A stretch of DNA of 64,000 nt from a virus. The notes below the pieces were generated by a model that ran no database searches, had not been told where the DNA came from, and saw only the letters and a list, made by a program, of their open reading frames with translations. Shown in pieces: positions 8,874 through 18,631 of this stretch. How positions within the stretch are numbered: the stretch's first letter is position 1; the number at the start of each line of letters is the position of its first letter. The stretch lies in IMG/VR virus record IMGVR_UViG_3300009149_000014, positions 52,186 through 116,185 of that record. One strand, given 5' to 3'. Position numbers and translations under genes: made by a program.

Positions 8874-11800
8874 ATGGCGTTCGATCCGAATCTCTACGCT
8901 ATTCAAATTGCATTGAGCATTGACGCTGGTGAAGCGTTTAAGACTGTCAGTGATTTGGAAGGAAGAGTAAACAGTATCGAGGATGCCTTCTCAAAGGCAA
9001 TGACTCAGACTTTGGGTCATGTGGCTACTGTTACTAGTGAGATTAATTCTCAGCTAGAAGGTATGACCGGACTTGTTACCGATATTAATGCTCAATATGC
9101 TGTTCAATTCGATCAGATAAGTGATACCTTAAATCGCGAATTGGAGCAAGTTAACAATATCGAACGAATCCAAGAAATCGAAGAAGAGCTATATGATCTT
9201 CGTCAAGAAATGTTCGAGAGTCTACAAGAATTCCGACTTATCAATGAACAATTGGTCGTTCTTTTTGAGAATCAACGAGTAACAACAACTGGTCTGAGCG
9301 ATGTTTATGATGAAATGCTTGATCAGTTAGAAGAAATGGGTGTTGATACTGATAACATCCGTAAATCTCTTGCAGGTTCAATTAATCAAGCGAGAGCATT
9401 TCGCACAGAATTCCAAGATATTCTACGAACGATTCAGCAATCCGCCACTGCGATGTATGCGAATGCAACAGCTATGGCTGAGATTACTAAGATGACCGAA
9501 AGATTCGTTACGGCGAATTATCGGGCATATGGCACACAACATCAACTTATGGAAGCTGTGACTGATACAGCTTCTGAATTTGGTGTTTTGCATGACGCAA
9601 CAGCTGAAGCATATGAACAATTAATGGGTATTAGAGTTCCAATCGAATTGTTGGAACAATATGCCGGAATGGTCACTCAAACGTCTCGAATTTCAGGTGC
9701 TGGAACCCGCCAACTAGCAGACTATACTCGGACAATGGCAGGTAGCGGTCTAGAAGCTGGTGATACAGCTTACGTTTTATCCACATTGACGGCGGCTCAA
9801 GAACAATTCGGATTGACCACCGATGAAGTAAACAAGATCCTTGCTGAGAATCTTGAAAAACTGGGTATGATGACTACTATTTATGGTAGTGATATTCCTA
9901 GAGATATGGCAATCGCACAAGCGGCTTTTGCTGGACTTATCAAACAAACTGGAGCAAGTGCACAAGCTGGCAATAAGCTTAACGAAATGTTGTACGCTAC
10001 GGGTCAAGAAGCCATTATTTTAAGGGCCAAACTTGGTGCTGCATTTAATGATGATACTGCCAGTCGATTTGATGTCATCAATGATAAATTTGGCGATATG
10101 GGCAAACAACTTTATGAAGCTCAAGTAAGATCGAAACAAACTGGTGAATCAATCGATGGTCTTGTAATTGCTCTCGGTGCTCAAGCTAAAGCAATGGGTG
10201 GTAGTTATGAAATGGTCGATATGTATGCTAGAGCCATTAGAGATGCTGGTGGTGACTTAAACGCTGCTGTCAAACCATTTGCTGAATATGAACGCCAAAT
10301 TGGTGCAGCTCAAGACCGGCAACGCCAATTCACACAAAGCATTAACACTCTCTATTTCTCTGTTCAAAGTCTAACGGCTTCATTGTTTGCTTTGGTGCAA
10401 CCAGTTATCCAATTTATCGCCAGAGGGATGATTCCTCTGATTCAGATCGCCACATTTGTTGTCGACTCTTTCGTCAGCATCATTGACGTCTTCACAGGAA
10501 CTTGGACAGCCTTAGAAGGTCTCATTCCACCATTGGCTTGGGTCCGCCAAGGTTTAGAAATGTTGGTCGCGGCTGGAATTCTTCTTGGTCCAGTAATCGG
10601 CGGTCTGATCGGATTGTTCTCCGCTGCTGCTGGTATGGTAGGTTTATTCGCTGGATCATTAGCTGCTATTGGCACGATATTTAGCCAATTTACTGGACTA
10701 GTCCAAGCCGGGCTTGCGAATCTTGGGCAATTGTTTATTTCATTTATGACCACCATCGGTACTGGTCTTGCAAGACTTGGTAGTGCAGTTGCTCCAGTAA
10801 TGTTACCATTATTGGCCTTGGGTGGTGCTCTCTTAATGGTCGGTGCTTCGGCTTACTTGTTCGCTCAAGCTACTGTAATGATCGCTCAAGAAGGTTGGGC
10901 GGCTGTTGGTGTGATGTTCGGACTTGTGGCTGCTATCGGTTTATTAGGACTTGCACTAGTTGGCCTCGGTATGCTTGCTCAAGGGCCTGTTGCATTGGGT
11001 TTGCTTGCTGTTGGTGCTGCTTTACTAATGGTTGGTGGTGCGGTCTATTTGGTTGGTGCTGGAATCGGTTTAGCGGCTAACGGTATGGCAGCACTTGTTG
11101 CAGCTGTGCCACCTGATATTGGTGTTCGATTCGTGAGTTTGGCTGCTGGGCTGACCGCTTTGAGTCTAAGTGCTTGGATTATCACTCCCGGATTGCTTGT
11201 ACTTGGTGTTGGGCTAGCTGCCATTGCTATTCCAGCGTATGTGGCTGGAATCGGTTTGACATCATTAGCATCGGCAATGGAATCATTGCAAGATATTACA
11301 TTCCCAGATATTGGTGGGAAAATGCTCCTGTTCGCTCTCGATCTAGCTGCTGGAGCCTTGATCCTTGGTGCAGCTCTTATCCCATTAACTATTGCTGGTG
11401 CTGGGCTTTACATGTTCGCTCAAGGACTTCAAGCTCTACAGGGGTTTGAGGTTCCAGATCTTGGCGGCAAATTGATTATAATGGCTGGGAGCCTCGTTAT
11501 CGGTGCTTATTTATTAGGAGCTGCTATTGCTCCATTAATAATTGCTGGTGCGGGTCTTTGGGCTTTTGCTCAAGGATTGAAACAGATGCAGGGGCTTGAG
11601 GTTCCTGATATTGGTCCTAAATTGATTGTGATGGCTGGAAGCCTTGCTCTTGGTGCTTATCTTCTTGGTGCTGCTGTTTGGCCTTTAATTATCGCTGGTG
11701 CTGGGCTTTACGCTTTTGCTACTGGTTTGCAACAATTGCAGGGGCTTGAGGTTCCAGATCTTGGTGGTAAGTTAATTGTGATGGCCGGGAGCCTTGCTCT

Positions 11801-12866
11801 TGGTGCTTATCTTCTTGGTGCTGCTGTTGCCCCATTGATTTTGGCAGGGGCTGGGCTTTACATGTTCGCTCAGGGGCTCGAAGCTTTGCAGGGGCTTGAG
11901 GTTCCTGATATTGGTCCTAAATTAATTGTGATGGCTGGAAGTCTTTCTAGTGCTGCGGTGATTTTGGGTCCTGCGGTGATTATGTTATCAGCAGCTGGTG
12001 TGGGTCTTTGGGTGTTCGCTCAAGGATTGAAGCAGTTGCAGGGTCTTGAATTGGAGGGCGTTGGGGACGATATTCTTTCTATTGCGATTGGTGTTGGTGC
12101 TGCCGCTTATATTCTTGGTCCTGCTGCTGGTTTGTTGACTGTTGCTAGTGTTGGGTTGGCTGCTGCTGGTGTTGCTTTGGGTGCTGCTGGTATTTCTATT
12201 ACGGTTGGTGCGATTTCTCTTGGGTTTGCCACTAGTTTCTTGAATTCGGCTATTGATAATCTTGATGAGTCAGCTGATGTAATGGAGAGATTTACTTCTG
12301 CAGCTGAACGGTTTAATGCTTTGAGTTTTAGTGCTTTGAGTGGTAGTGTGAGAGATCTGGGTAATGTGGCTAATAATATGGTTCATTACCTGCGTTCATT
12401 AACTTCAGCTGCTGAAGAAATGAACGATACTCAAATTGATGCAAAGGATCTTGCTGCGAGTATTTCTGAGGCCGCTATTTTGTTAGATGTTGCTGCTCAA
12501 TCGTTGGCTAATCCAACTCGAACTTTAACTACTCAAATCAATGGTATTGTCGAACAAGTAGAACGTTTGATCGCGGCTGAAGCTCAGATTCGAGAAATTG
12601 GTGGTGAGATTTCTGATGTTGTTCAACAGCCTCGTGAAGAGGCTCAACAGCCGAATGAAATGAGAGTTGTCGAAAAAGTCACTGAAGCTGTTAATGCTTT
12701 GGTCGAAGTTAAACAAGACAATAGTGAAATGGTTGCTCTGCTTGCTAGATTAGTCGAGTTGATGGAGAAACAAGCTAATAATCAAAATCGAGAAGGTTTC
12801 TTTCAAAATGAAGCTGGTGAGCAACCAAGCGGCAAGAAATTCCATGAAGCTGGAGTCAAAATGTGA
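8874..12866 (+). CDS. Tape measure protein
   Basis: About 1330 aa, Ala/Gly/Leu-rich and helical, with hydrophobic repeats; lies between the tube and baseplate genes. Confidence 0.9.
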   Translation: MAFDPNLYAIQIALSIDAGEAFKTVSDLEGRVNSIEDAFSKAMTQTLGHVATVTSEINSQLEGMTGLVTDINAQYAVQFDQISDTLNRELEQVNNIERIQEIEEELYDLRQEMFESLQEFRLINEQLVVLFENQRVTTTGLSDVYDEMLDQLEEMGVDTDNIRKSLAGSINQARAFRTEFQDILRTIQQSATAMYANATAMAEITKMTERFVTANYRAYGTQHQLMEAVTDTASEFGVLHDATAEAYEQLMGIRVPIELLEQYAGMVTQTSRISGAGTRQLADYTRTMAGSGLEAGDTAYVLSTLTAAQEQFGLTTDEVNKILAENLEKLGMMTTIYGSDIPRDMAIAQAAFAGLIKQTGASAQAGNKLNEMLYATGQEAIILRAKLGAAFNDDTASRFDVINDKFGDMGKQLYEAQVRSKQTGESIDGLVIALGAQAKAMGGSYEMVDMYARAIRDAGGDLNAAVKPFAEYERQIGAAQDRQRQFTQSINTLYFSVQSLTASLFALVQPVIQFIARGMIPLIQIATFVVDSFVSIIDVFTGTWTALEGLIPPLAWVRQGLEMLVAAGILLGPVIGGLIGLFSAAAGMVGLFAGSLAAIGTIFSQFTGLVQAGLANLGQLFISFMTTIGTGLARLGSAVAPVMLPLLALGGALLMVGASAYLFAQATVMIAQEGWAAVGVMFGLVAAIGLLGLALVGLGMLAQGPVALGLLAVGAALLMVGGAVYLVGAGIGLAANGMAALVAAVPPDIGVRFVSLAAGLTALSLSAWIITPGLLVLGVGLAAIAIPAYVAGIGLTSLASAMESLQDITFPDIGGKMLLFALDLAAGALILGAALIPLTIAGAGLYMFAQGLQALQGFEVPDLGGKLIIMAGSLVIGAYLLGAAIAPLIIAGAGLWAFAQGLKQMQGLEVPDIGPKLIVMAGSLALGAYLLGAAVWPLIIAGAGLYAFATGLQQLQGLEVPDLGGKLIVMAGSLALGAYLLGAAVAPLILAGAGLYMFAQGLEALQGLEVPDIGPKLIVMAGSLSSAAVILGPAVIMLSAAGVGLWVFAQGLKQLQGLELEGVGDDILSIAIGVGAAAYILGPAAGLLTVASVGLAAAGVALGAAGISITVGAISLGFATSFLNSAIDNLDESADVMERFTSAAERFNALSFSALSGSVRDLGNVANNMVHYLRSLTSAAEEMNDTQIDAKDLAASISEAAILLDVAAQSLANPTRTLTTQINGIVEQVERLIAAEAQIREIGGEISDVVQQPREEAQQPNEMRVVEKVTEAVNALVEVKQDNSEMVALLARLVELMEKQANNQNREGFFQNEAGEQPSGKKFHEAGVKM
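11290..12050 (+). repeat. 150-nt (50-aa) tandem repeats inside the tape measure gene
   Basis: GAGGTTCC(A/T)GAT recurs at 11448, 11598, 11748 and 11898. Confidence 0.9.
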
Positions 12867-13450
12867 GCAGTCGCTATCTAACAAATAAAGACAGAGGGAT
12901 TGTTGAAGGTGTGCAATTGTTTCTTGCTTATCGCAGTGAGCAAGTAGAATTTCAATTCCCACCTACGATTGAGAATGATTCCCGTCGTGTGAATTGGACT
13001 ACTGAGAATTTGCCCGGTAAGGACCCTTTGGCAATTTATTCTAATAATTCCGCTCGTGAAATGACGTTGAAATTAGAATATATTGTTGAAGACCCATCTT
13101 TGGAAATTCTCGGGAACATTTGGACAATTGGTCGTATAAAGAGACAAATTAACCTGTTGAAAGGTTATTTTTCTGGTCTTCAGGCTGATGCTGCTGGTTT
13201 CGTGGCCGCTGGAACTATGACGGCTTATTTTATTCATACTTATATTACTGGTACATCGGCATGGAGTGTTCGAATTGGCAATGTCAATGTGACATATGAT
13301 GGGCCGCAAATTGGCCCTGGTCCATTGTCATATCCGCTGAAAACAATTGTCAATGTTGATATTGCTACTGTTAGTTCCGGATCTGGTACTGAGGAAGTGT
13401 ACTGGGACGGATTGAAACAGTTCCCTGAATTTGACGACTTGTGGTATTAA
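12863..13450 (+). CDS. Baseplate/tube-initiator-like protein
   Basis: FQFPPTI..RRVNW..GKDPLAIYSNNSAREMTLKLEY; directly after the tape measure. Confidence 0.55.
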   Translation: MSSRYLTNKDRGIVEGVQLFLAYRSEQVEFQFPPTIENDSRRVNWTTENLPGKDPLAIYSNNSAREMTLKLEYIVEDPSLEILGNIWTIGRIKRQINLLKGYFSGLQADAAGFVAAGTMTAYFIHTYITGTSAWSVRIGNVNVTYDGPQIGPGPLSYPLKTIVNVDIATVSSGSGTEEVYWDGLKQFPEFDDLWY

Positions 13451-13451
13451 A

Positions 13452-13769
13452 ATGACTCGATATGATAATGCTCAAAGCGTCTTATACAAGAATTTCGAGA
13501 CAAAGGCTCGATTGCGGGAATATTCGTGGTTGGTTACTAAACCGATCGACACTGATATTTCGTCTTTTAAAGTGAACACTCAGACTGCTGGTGCTCCACG
13601 TCGAATCGCTCAACAAGTGTATGGTGATCATAACTTGTATTGGGTATTAGTGATGTTTAATAACAAATGGTTTGCTGATCCGGGGGCACTGCAGGTCTTG
13701 AATTGGCCTGTGGCGGGGCAAGTGCTGTTCTATCCGAATCGCTATGTAATTATACCAACGTTGTCTTAG
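13452..13769 (+). CDS. Baseplate wedge LysM/gp53-like protein
   Basis: IAQQVYGDHNLYWVLVMFN motif. Confidence 0.75.
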   Translation: MTRYDNAQSVLYKNFETKARLREYSWLVTKPIDTDISSFKVNTQTAGAPRRIAQQVYGDHNLYWVLVMFNNKWFADPGALQVLNWPVAGQVLFYPNRYVIIPTLS

Positions 13770-15091
13770 AGACCAACTGGTACCGCATTTGCGTTTAAAT
13801 CGAGTTTGCTCAATTTCAGAACAGTCGTCCAATTGTTTTCATACCAAGTGTGTTCGAAACCGTAAACCAGCCAATTACCAGACATAAAATAATTCTTTAC
13901 GCCGTCTTTGAAATTGTTGTGCCAATCGACGTAAACATTAACAGCTCCTAAACCAATCGTGCTGTCCCATACGCCGTGTCCTTTGACTTTCAAATCAATA
14001 GTGAACATTTTATAAGCGTGTCGCACATATTCTGTTCGAGCATAAGCATCAAAAAAGTCAATGTATGGGACTTCGATCTCGCCAGCACTAAAGTATTCTG
14101 GTGGACTCTCCACGAATGACCGTCCAAAACGACCTTTTGCATAAGTTGCGTTTTCCGGACGGATCGTGCTACGAAGCACACCAGTCATTGGTTGTTTTGG
14201 TTTCCATTTATTTTCGGTATTGTTTTCACTTACGATTGCTTTATTGGGTCGATTCGTTTGGTCATAAACTTGCCCAAGCGTAGCTGTTACGCCTGCTGTA
14301 ACTAGCCCCATTTCATGATGGCCGAGGCTTGGATTTAGCACAGCTTCCCAATCAATTATATCGCCATAACCGTTCTCATCCATTTTCCGATAATAACCAA
14401 GGGATGATGGCGTGAAAGTCGATATTGGACCAATTTTTACTTCATCATTGAACATTCCAACGGCCCATGGTGTCCCTGACTCGTCCAAAGATGAAGCAAT
14501 ATGTAACCAATGTGATAGCACGTCTCGTGGAGCACGCCTCATCATCCACCATACATTGGCTTTTGAATCTCTTGTTTCAGGCACAGTTAAATTGTATCCT
14601 GATGGAATATACCGTCTCAATAATTGTCTAATTACTTCACTGATGTTTCCTTCGAATCCTCCACCAAATGCGTCCCCAATTCTAAAGAAGAAATTGAGGG
14701 GATCAATAGCCAAGATTTCAACGTAATCAATTTCTCCAGAACCATGTGGATAGATCATGACGATGTACGCTTTGATCGTCCTAGTCTCTTCTCTTGGATA
14801 TCCACGACCACTTCCAGGTTCATACTTAATTTTCAAAGTCAAAGCGATTGGATTGTCACGGATTCTTTCTAACAATCTGTAAGACCCCGTGTTGTCCCCT
14901 TCGAACATCCCGTCTAAAATCGCAAAGTTCGGATTTTTAATCTGAATTCTTATGGCATAACCATTATTAATGAAACCTTTGAAAATGACCTTTTTAATAT
15001 AAGGCCCTAGATCCCCGGCATTCAAATCGGGGATAAAGACTTCCACAGAAGCTCTTTGGCCTGCTATCGGTTTCAAATCAATGTTGGACAT
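13766..15091 (-). CDS. Baseplate hub protein (gp27/GpD-like), on the opposite strand
   Basis: GNISEVIRQLL and C-terminal MSGNWLVYGFEHTW..WTTVLKLSK, typical of hub proteins; next to the spike gene. Confidence 0.7.
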   Translation of the reverse strand: MSNIDLKPIAGQRASVEVFIPDLNAGDLGPYIKKVIFKGFINNGYAIRIQIKNPNFAILDGMFEGDNTGSYRLLERIRDNPIALTLKIKYEPGSGRGYPREETRTIKAYIVMIYPHGSGEIDYVEILAIDPLNFFFRIGDAFGGGFEGNISEVIRQLLRRYIPSGYNLTVPETRDSKANVWWMMRRAPRDVLSHWLHIASSLDESGTPWAVGMFNDEVKIGPISTFTPSSLGYYRKMDENGYGDIIDWEAVLNPSLGHHEMGLVTAGVTATLGQVYDQTNRPNKAIVSENNTENKWKPKQPMTGVLRSTIRPENATYAKGRFGRSFVESPPEYFSAGEIEVPYIDFFDAYARTEYVRHAYKMFTIDLKVKGHGVWDSTIGLGAVNVYVDWHNNFKDGVKNYFMSGNWLVYGFEHTWYENNWTTVLKLSKLDLNANAVPVGL

Positions 15092-15370
15092 ATGGTCGCC
15101 ATTATCAAATACAAGAACAAGCTAAGAGTCGTATTTATCTTAGGTCGAGATAAGGGTAAATTGTACGTTCTTTCGAGCGAACAAATACCAGAACCTCTAG
15201 CCGCCCCATTATCTAAAATTCTTTATGGAATCGAAAGTTTAGGTAAGAGGATCGAGGTTTTGAAAGATGAATTCACCCCGATATATAAATCAGCGTTACG
15301 GATATTGGATGCTGACAAAACAGTAGTAGTAGAATCTTATGACAAACCAAAATTCTCTGGTAGACCATGA
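15092..15370 (+). CDS. Hypothetical protein
   Basis: 92-aa ORF from ATG 15092, overlapping the spike gene start. Confidence 0.55.
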   Translation: MVAIIKYKNKLRVVFILGRDKGKLYVLSSEQIPEPLAAPLSKILYGIESLGKRIEVLKDEFTPIYKSALRILDADKTVVVESYDKPKFSGRP

Positions 15371-17564
15371 TTGGGACAATGTTCTTAATCGACCCCCTCT
15401 ACTACATCTCAAAAAATCTGGAGTCTATCGTTCAAAAGTCATCGAAACCAATGACCCATTGAACATGAACCGTCTCCGCGTCATGGTTCCAGAACTCCAT
15501 GACGATGATATGCCCCGCGAATACGCACCATGGGCATGCCCAGCTCCAAGCATAGGAGGACGAGGAGCTTTTGCCTTTGTCGCTGCTACCATAGGCGACT
15601 GGGTTTGGGTTATGTTCGAAAAAGAAGATCCGCATGTTCCAGTTTATATTGGCTTTGCCAATCCAACTAGGCGTGGTGCTTACTCGATCCAACAAATCCA
15701 CATCGAAACACTCCCTGTCTTAAACGCAAATGGTAAACCAAATCGATCTCGTCAAAACGATTATGACGCTCGATATTTACCAAAAGACGGACGTCCCATG
15801 AAAACGGGCTACGTGGACACTTACGGTAATACCGACATGTCCAGTGCCGTAGGCTATTTCCCAATCGAGCACCAAGCTCCACCAGCTCCAGCTGATCTTG
15901 GAACCAGAGCTGGTACTAGTATCACACGACGTCGCCAGCCTCCACAAGTCAATGATCCAGACTTGAAATACATGCTGCGAATGACCAAATATGGTCATAT
16001 TCAATTAATGAGCGATCAAGGGTACTATTGGTACAAAGATCCGAACGATCCCAATTCAGAAATGGGCGAATTTTCAGGAGATCGTGATAGAGATTATGCG
16101 TATGAAGCCAAAAGATGGTTAAATGTTCAGCGGCTCATCTCCGAAGATGACCCATCGAGCCAAGATCGCCGTCGCCAATTAATGATTACTCGATATGGAC
16201 ATCTTTTTGATATGCGAGATGTCGGATGGGGACAACTCGGACCTATCGCCTCCAAATCCAGAGCCGGTGAATATGGGCCTCGTCGTCATGTGAGCAGTGA
16301 AGAGACTCGTGATCAACGTTTCATGCGAATGCGGACGAAAGGTGGAATGTACTTTATTATGGGTGATAGAGGATTTCACCCTGAAGAGGATAAATTCGTC
16401 AAACGCCGATTGTTTGATGATTTGCGGCTCCAAGATCAAGAGTTAGAACGTTATTGGGGTGGTGATAAAGATGCCCGGTTTATGGGCTGGATCACTCGAT
16501 ACGGATGGAAGATGATACTCGACGATCGCGGAAGTGACGCTCGTCGAGCTGATAAACGAGACCGGCCCCGAGGTCAAGGTATCCTACTCAAGGGCCGGAG
16601 AAGGCCAGGGACGGGCACGGAAGATAGCACTAGTGCTTTAGGCAAGCCTCGTGGTTTCTTTTTTCAAATGGTGGAACGTGACGCATTAAATCACATGATG
16701 ATGGGAAGCCCTATGGGGCATTCTATCGAAATGAGTGATAAGTACCAATATACTATGATCGCTACGACCATGGGTCGAAAATGGTCGAGACAATGGGAAG
16801 GATTTAGAGAACACGAATATAATTCACGACCGATGATGGAGCGAAATCCTGAACAGAAATCTCATCATCTCAAATTGGATCATGCTAATGAATATATTAG
16901 ACTCAAGACTCGTGGTGGTCGTGGCAGCAATCCAATCGGGAATGTGGTCGAAAAGGGCGTTAGTAAAAGAGAATTGCAACAAGGATTTGAAGCCCGAGAC
17001 GGAGCAAATGGCGATGGTCCTTGGGTAGAGGTTGTTGATGCTCAAAGTCGCGGTATGTGGATGAGCAAGAATCAACAGTTGCTCATCATTCGTGGTAAAA
17101 AGAGAAAGAAACTATATCTCTGGATAAATGATACTACTCGCGATTTGGTGATTTTCAACGGTGAACGTAGTGGTACTGTGAAGATCTATTGTCGTGGTAG
17201 TATCGAACTTAAAGCTGAAAGAGATATTACTCTCGACGCCGGACGGTTGTTGAATCTTCGCGGTAATAGGATTCAATTTCAGGCTGATGCTGGTGCTAAA
17301 ATGACTATGGCACGCAATTTCTTTTTGAATGCCAAAGTTAATGCTGAACAATTTAGGGGATTTTTCCCTGGAGTTATGCCTGGTCCGGGAGCTGGTTTCC
17401 CAGTTACGGACGGGGCTCAAGATGTCGAAGCTTTAGAAGCTCCCGAGTTGCCGGGAAAAATCGAACCTAGCGACCGTGGTAAAACGTATAATGGGCCTTT
17501 CACGGGAATTGATCCTGCTGAATTTAATCCCAAAATTGATAGTAGCAGCGAATCCAACCAATGA
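15339..17564 (+). CDS. Baseplate central spike (gp5/VgrG-like)
   Basis: OB-fold motif GVYRSKVIETNDPLNMNRLRVMVP..IGDWVWVMFEKEDPHVPVYIG and C-terminal beta-strand repeats. Confidence 0.85.
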   Translation: MTNQNSLVDHDWDNVLNRPPLLHLKKSGVYRSKVIETNDPLNMNRLRVMVPELHDDDMPREYAPWACPAPSIGGRGAFAFVAATIGDWVWVMFEKEDPHVPVYIGFANPTRRGAYSIQQIHIETLPVLNANGKPNRSRQNDYDARYLPKDGRPMKTGYVDTYGNTDMSSAVGYFPIEHQAPPAPADLGTRAGTSITRRRQPPQVNDPDLKYMLRMTKYGHIQLMSDQGYYWYKDPNDPNSEMGEFSGDRDRDYAYEAKRWLNVQRLISEDDPSSQDRRRQLMITRYGHLFDMRDVGWGQLGPIASKSRAGEYGPRRHVSSEETRDQRFMRMRTKGGMYFIMGDRGFHPEEDKFVKRRLFDDLRLQDQELERYWGGDKDARFMGWITRYGWKMILDDRGSDARRADKRDRPRGQGILLKGRRRPGTGTEDSTSALGKPRGFFFQMVERDALNHMMMGSPMGHSIEMSDKYQYTMIATTMGRKWSRQWEGFREHEYNSRPMMERNPEQKSHHLKLDHANEYIRLKTRGGRGSNPIGNVVEKGVSKRELQQGFEARDGANGDGPWVEVVDAQSRGMWMSKNQQLLIIRGKKRKKLYLWINDTTRDLVIFNGERSGTVKIYCRGSIELKAERDITLDAGRLLNLRGNRIQFQADAGAKMTMARNFFLNAKVNAEQFRGFFPGVMPGPGAGFPVTDGAQDVEALEAPELPGKIEPSDRGKTYNGPFTGIDPAEFNPKIDSSSESNQ

Positions 17565-18244
17565 TACTTAGCTTTCCAAGTGGATTTTATCGGACAGTAT
17601 TACCACCGGCTCCCGAGAGTCGTGGTAATATTACTTATACTATCAGTAATGAATCTCCACCTCGTGGTGCTTTGTTCTTCTTGAAGATTAATAATGCCCT
17701 GGCTGTTAATTCTCCGCCTTTGGTTGCGACTATTCCGCAGGGCACTCTTAATAGTGGGACTTTACGAGCGTTTCGTAGTAATGGTACAATCGATATTGAG
17801 CCTCGTCCCATTGGATCAATATTGGAGTTCACTGACCAATATCGTACTCTTGATGTACAGCAAGATTCGCTTGATGAGACTGTTAATTTTCCACGTTTCA
17901 ACAATGTTTCGACTGATCCGGTTAACACCAAGTTGCTTGATGCGTATACTCAATTTCAACGTCAATTGTTGACAGCTTCTCAACAGTCTGCTTCGAAACA
18001 GATCGAAATTGAGAATATTGAAAGATTGACTAATGCAGCAGTTGCTAGTCTTCAAGCTACTCAGGAAGCTTTGAAAATCTTGATTGGTGATGTGGATTTA
18101 TTGGCTGCTGAGGCTGATTTGTTGCAGAAAATCGATGCCAATACTCAACAAATAGCTGTTTTGAGACAAGAAATTGTGTCTTTGGATGCTGAACGATCTA
18201 AAGCTGCTGACTCTGTGAGAAGATTGTCGAAGGTAATTTCATGA
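17561..18244 (+). CDS. Hypothetical baseplate-region coiled-coil protein
   Basis: 227 aa, ATGA-coupled on both sides, heptad-rich C-half. Confidence 0.6.
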   Translation: MILSFPSGFYRTVLPPAPESRGNITYTISNESPPRGALFFLKINNALAVNSPPLVATIPQGTLNSGTLRAFRSNGTIDIEPRPIGSILEFTDQYRTLDVQQDSLDETVNFPRFNNVSTDPVNTKLLDAYTQFQRQLLTASQQSASKQIEIENIERLTNAAVASLQATQEALKILIGDVDLLAAEADLLQKIDANTQQIAVLRQEIVSLDAERSKAADSVRRLSKVIS

Positions 18245-18630
18245 CAGCACGCTACGTAGGTTATAATCCTCCTTTTGTTGGTGGTCCTCAAAAGATCATG
18301 AGTCAACAAAAGGATGACCGACTGATTGCTAATGATGTGTTGCAGAATCTTTTGATTTTGCCCGGAGAATTACCATTTAGGCCGAATTTCGGTGTCAATT
18401 TGCGTAACTTCACATTCGAGAAGATGGCCTTACGCGATCTTGGTAGACTTGAACAAGAAATTCGAAATCAACTCATTCAAAATGATCCACGTCTCATTAT
18501 CAAAAAACTCGATTTGATTCCAGATTCTGATAAGGCGACTTTAAGTATAAATCTTATTGTCAGCCTCAAAGAAGATCCTGATCGTAATATCGAGATTAAA
18601 AGACTAATTCAAATTCTGACGAGAAACTAA
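18241..18630 (+). CDS. Baseplate wedge protein gp25-like
   Basis: NLLILPGELPFRPNFG..F.FE..DPRL signature. Confidence 0.9.
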   Translation: MTARYVGYNPPFVGGPQKIMSQQKDDRLIANDVLQNLLILPGELPFRPNFGVNLRNFTFEKMALRDLGRLEQEIRNQLIQNDPRLIIKKLDLIPDSDKATLSINLIVSLKEDPDRNIEIKRLIQILTRN

Positions 18631-18631
18631 A

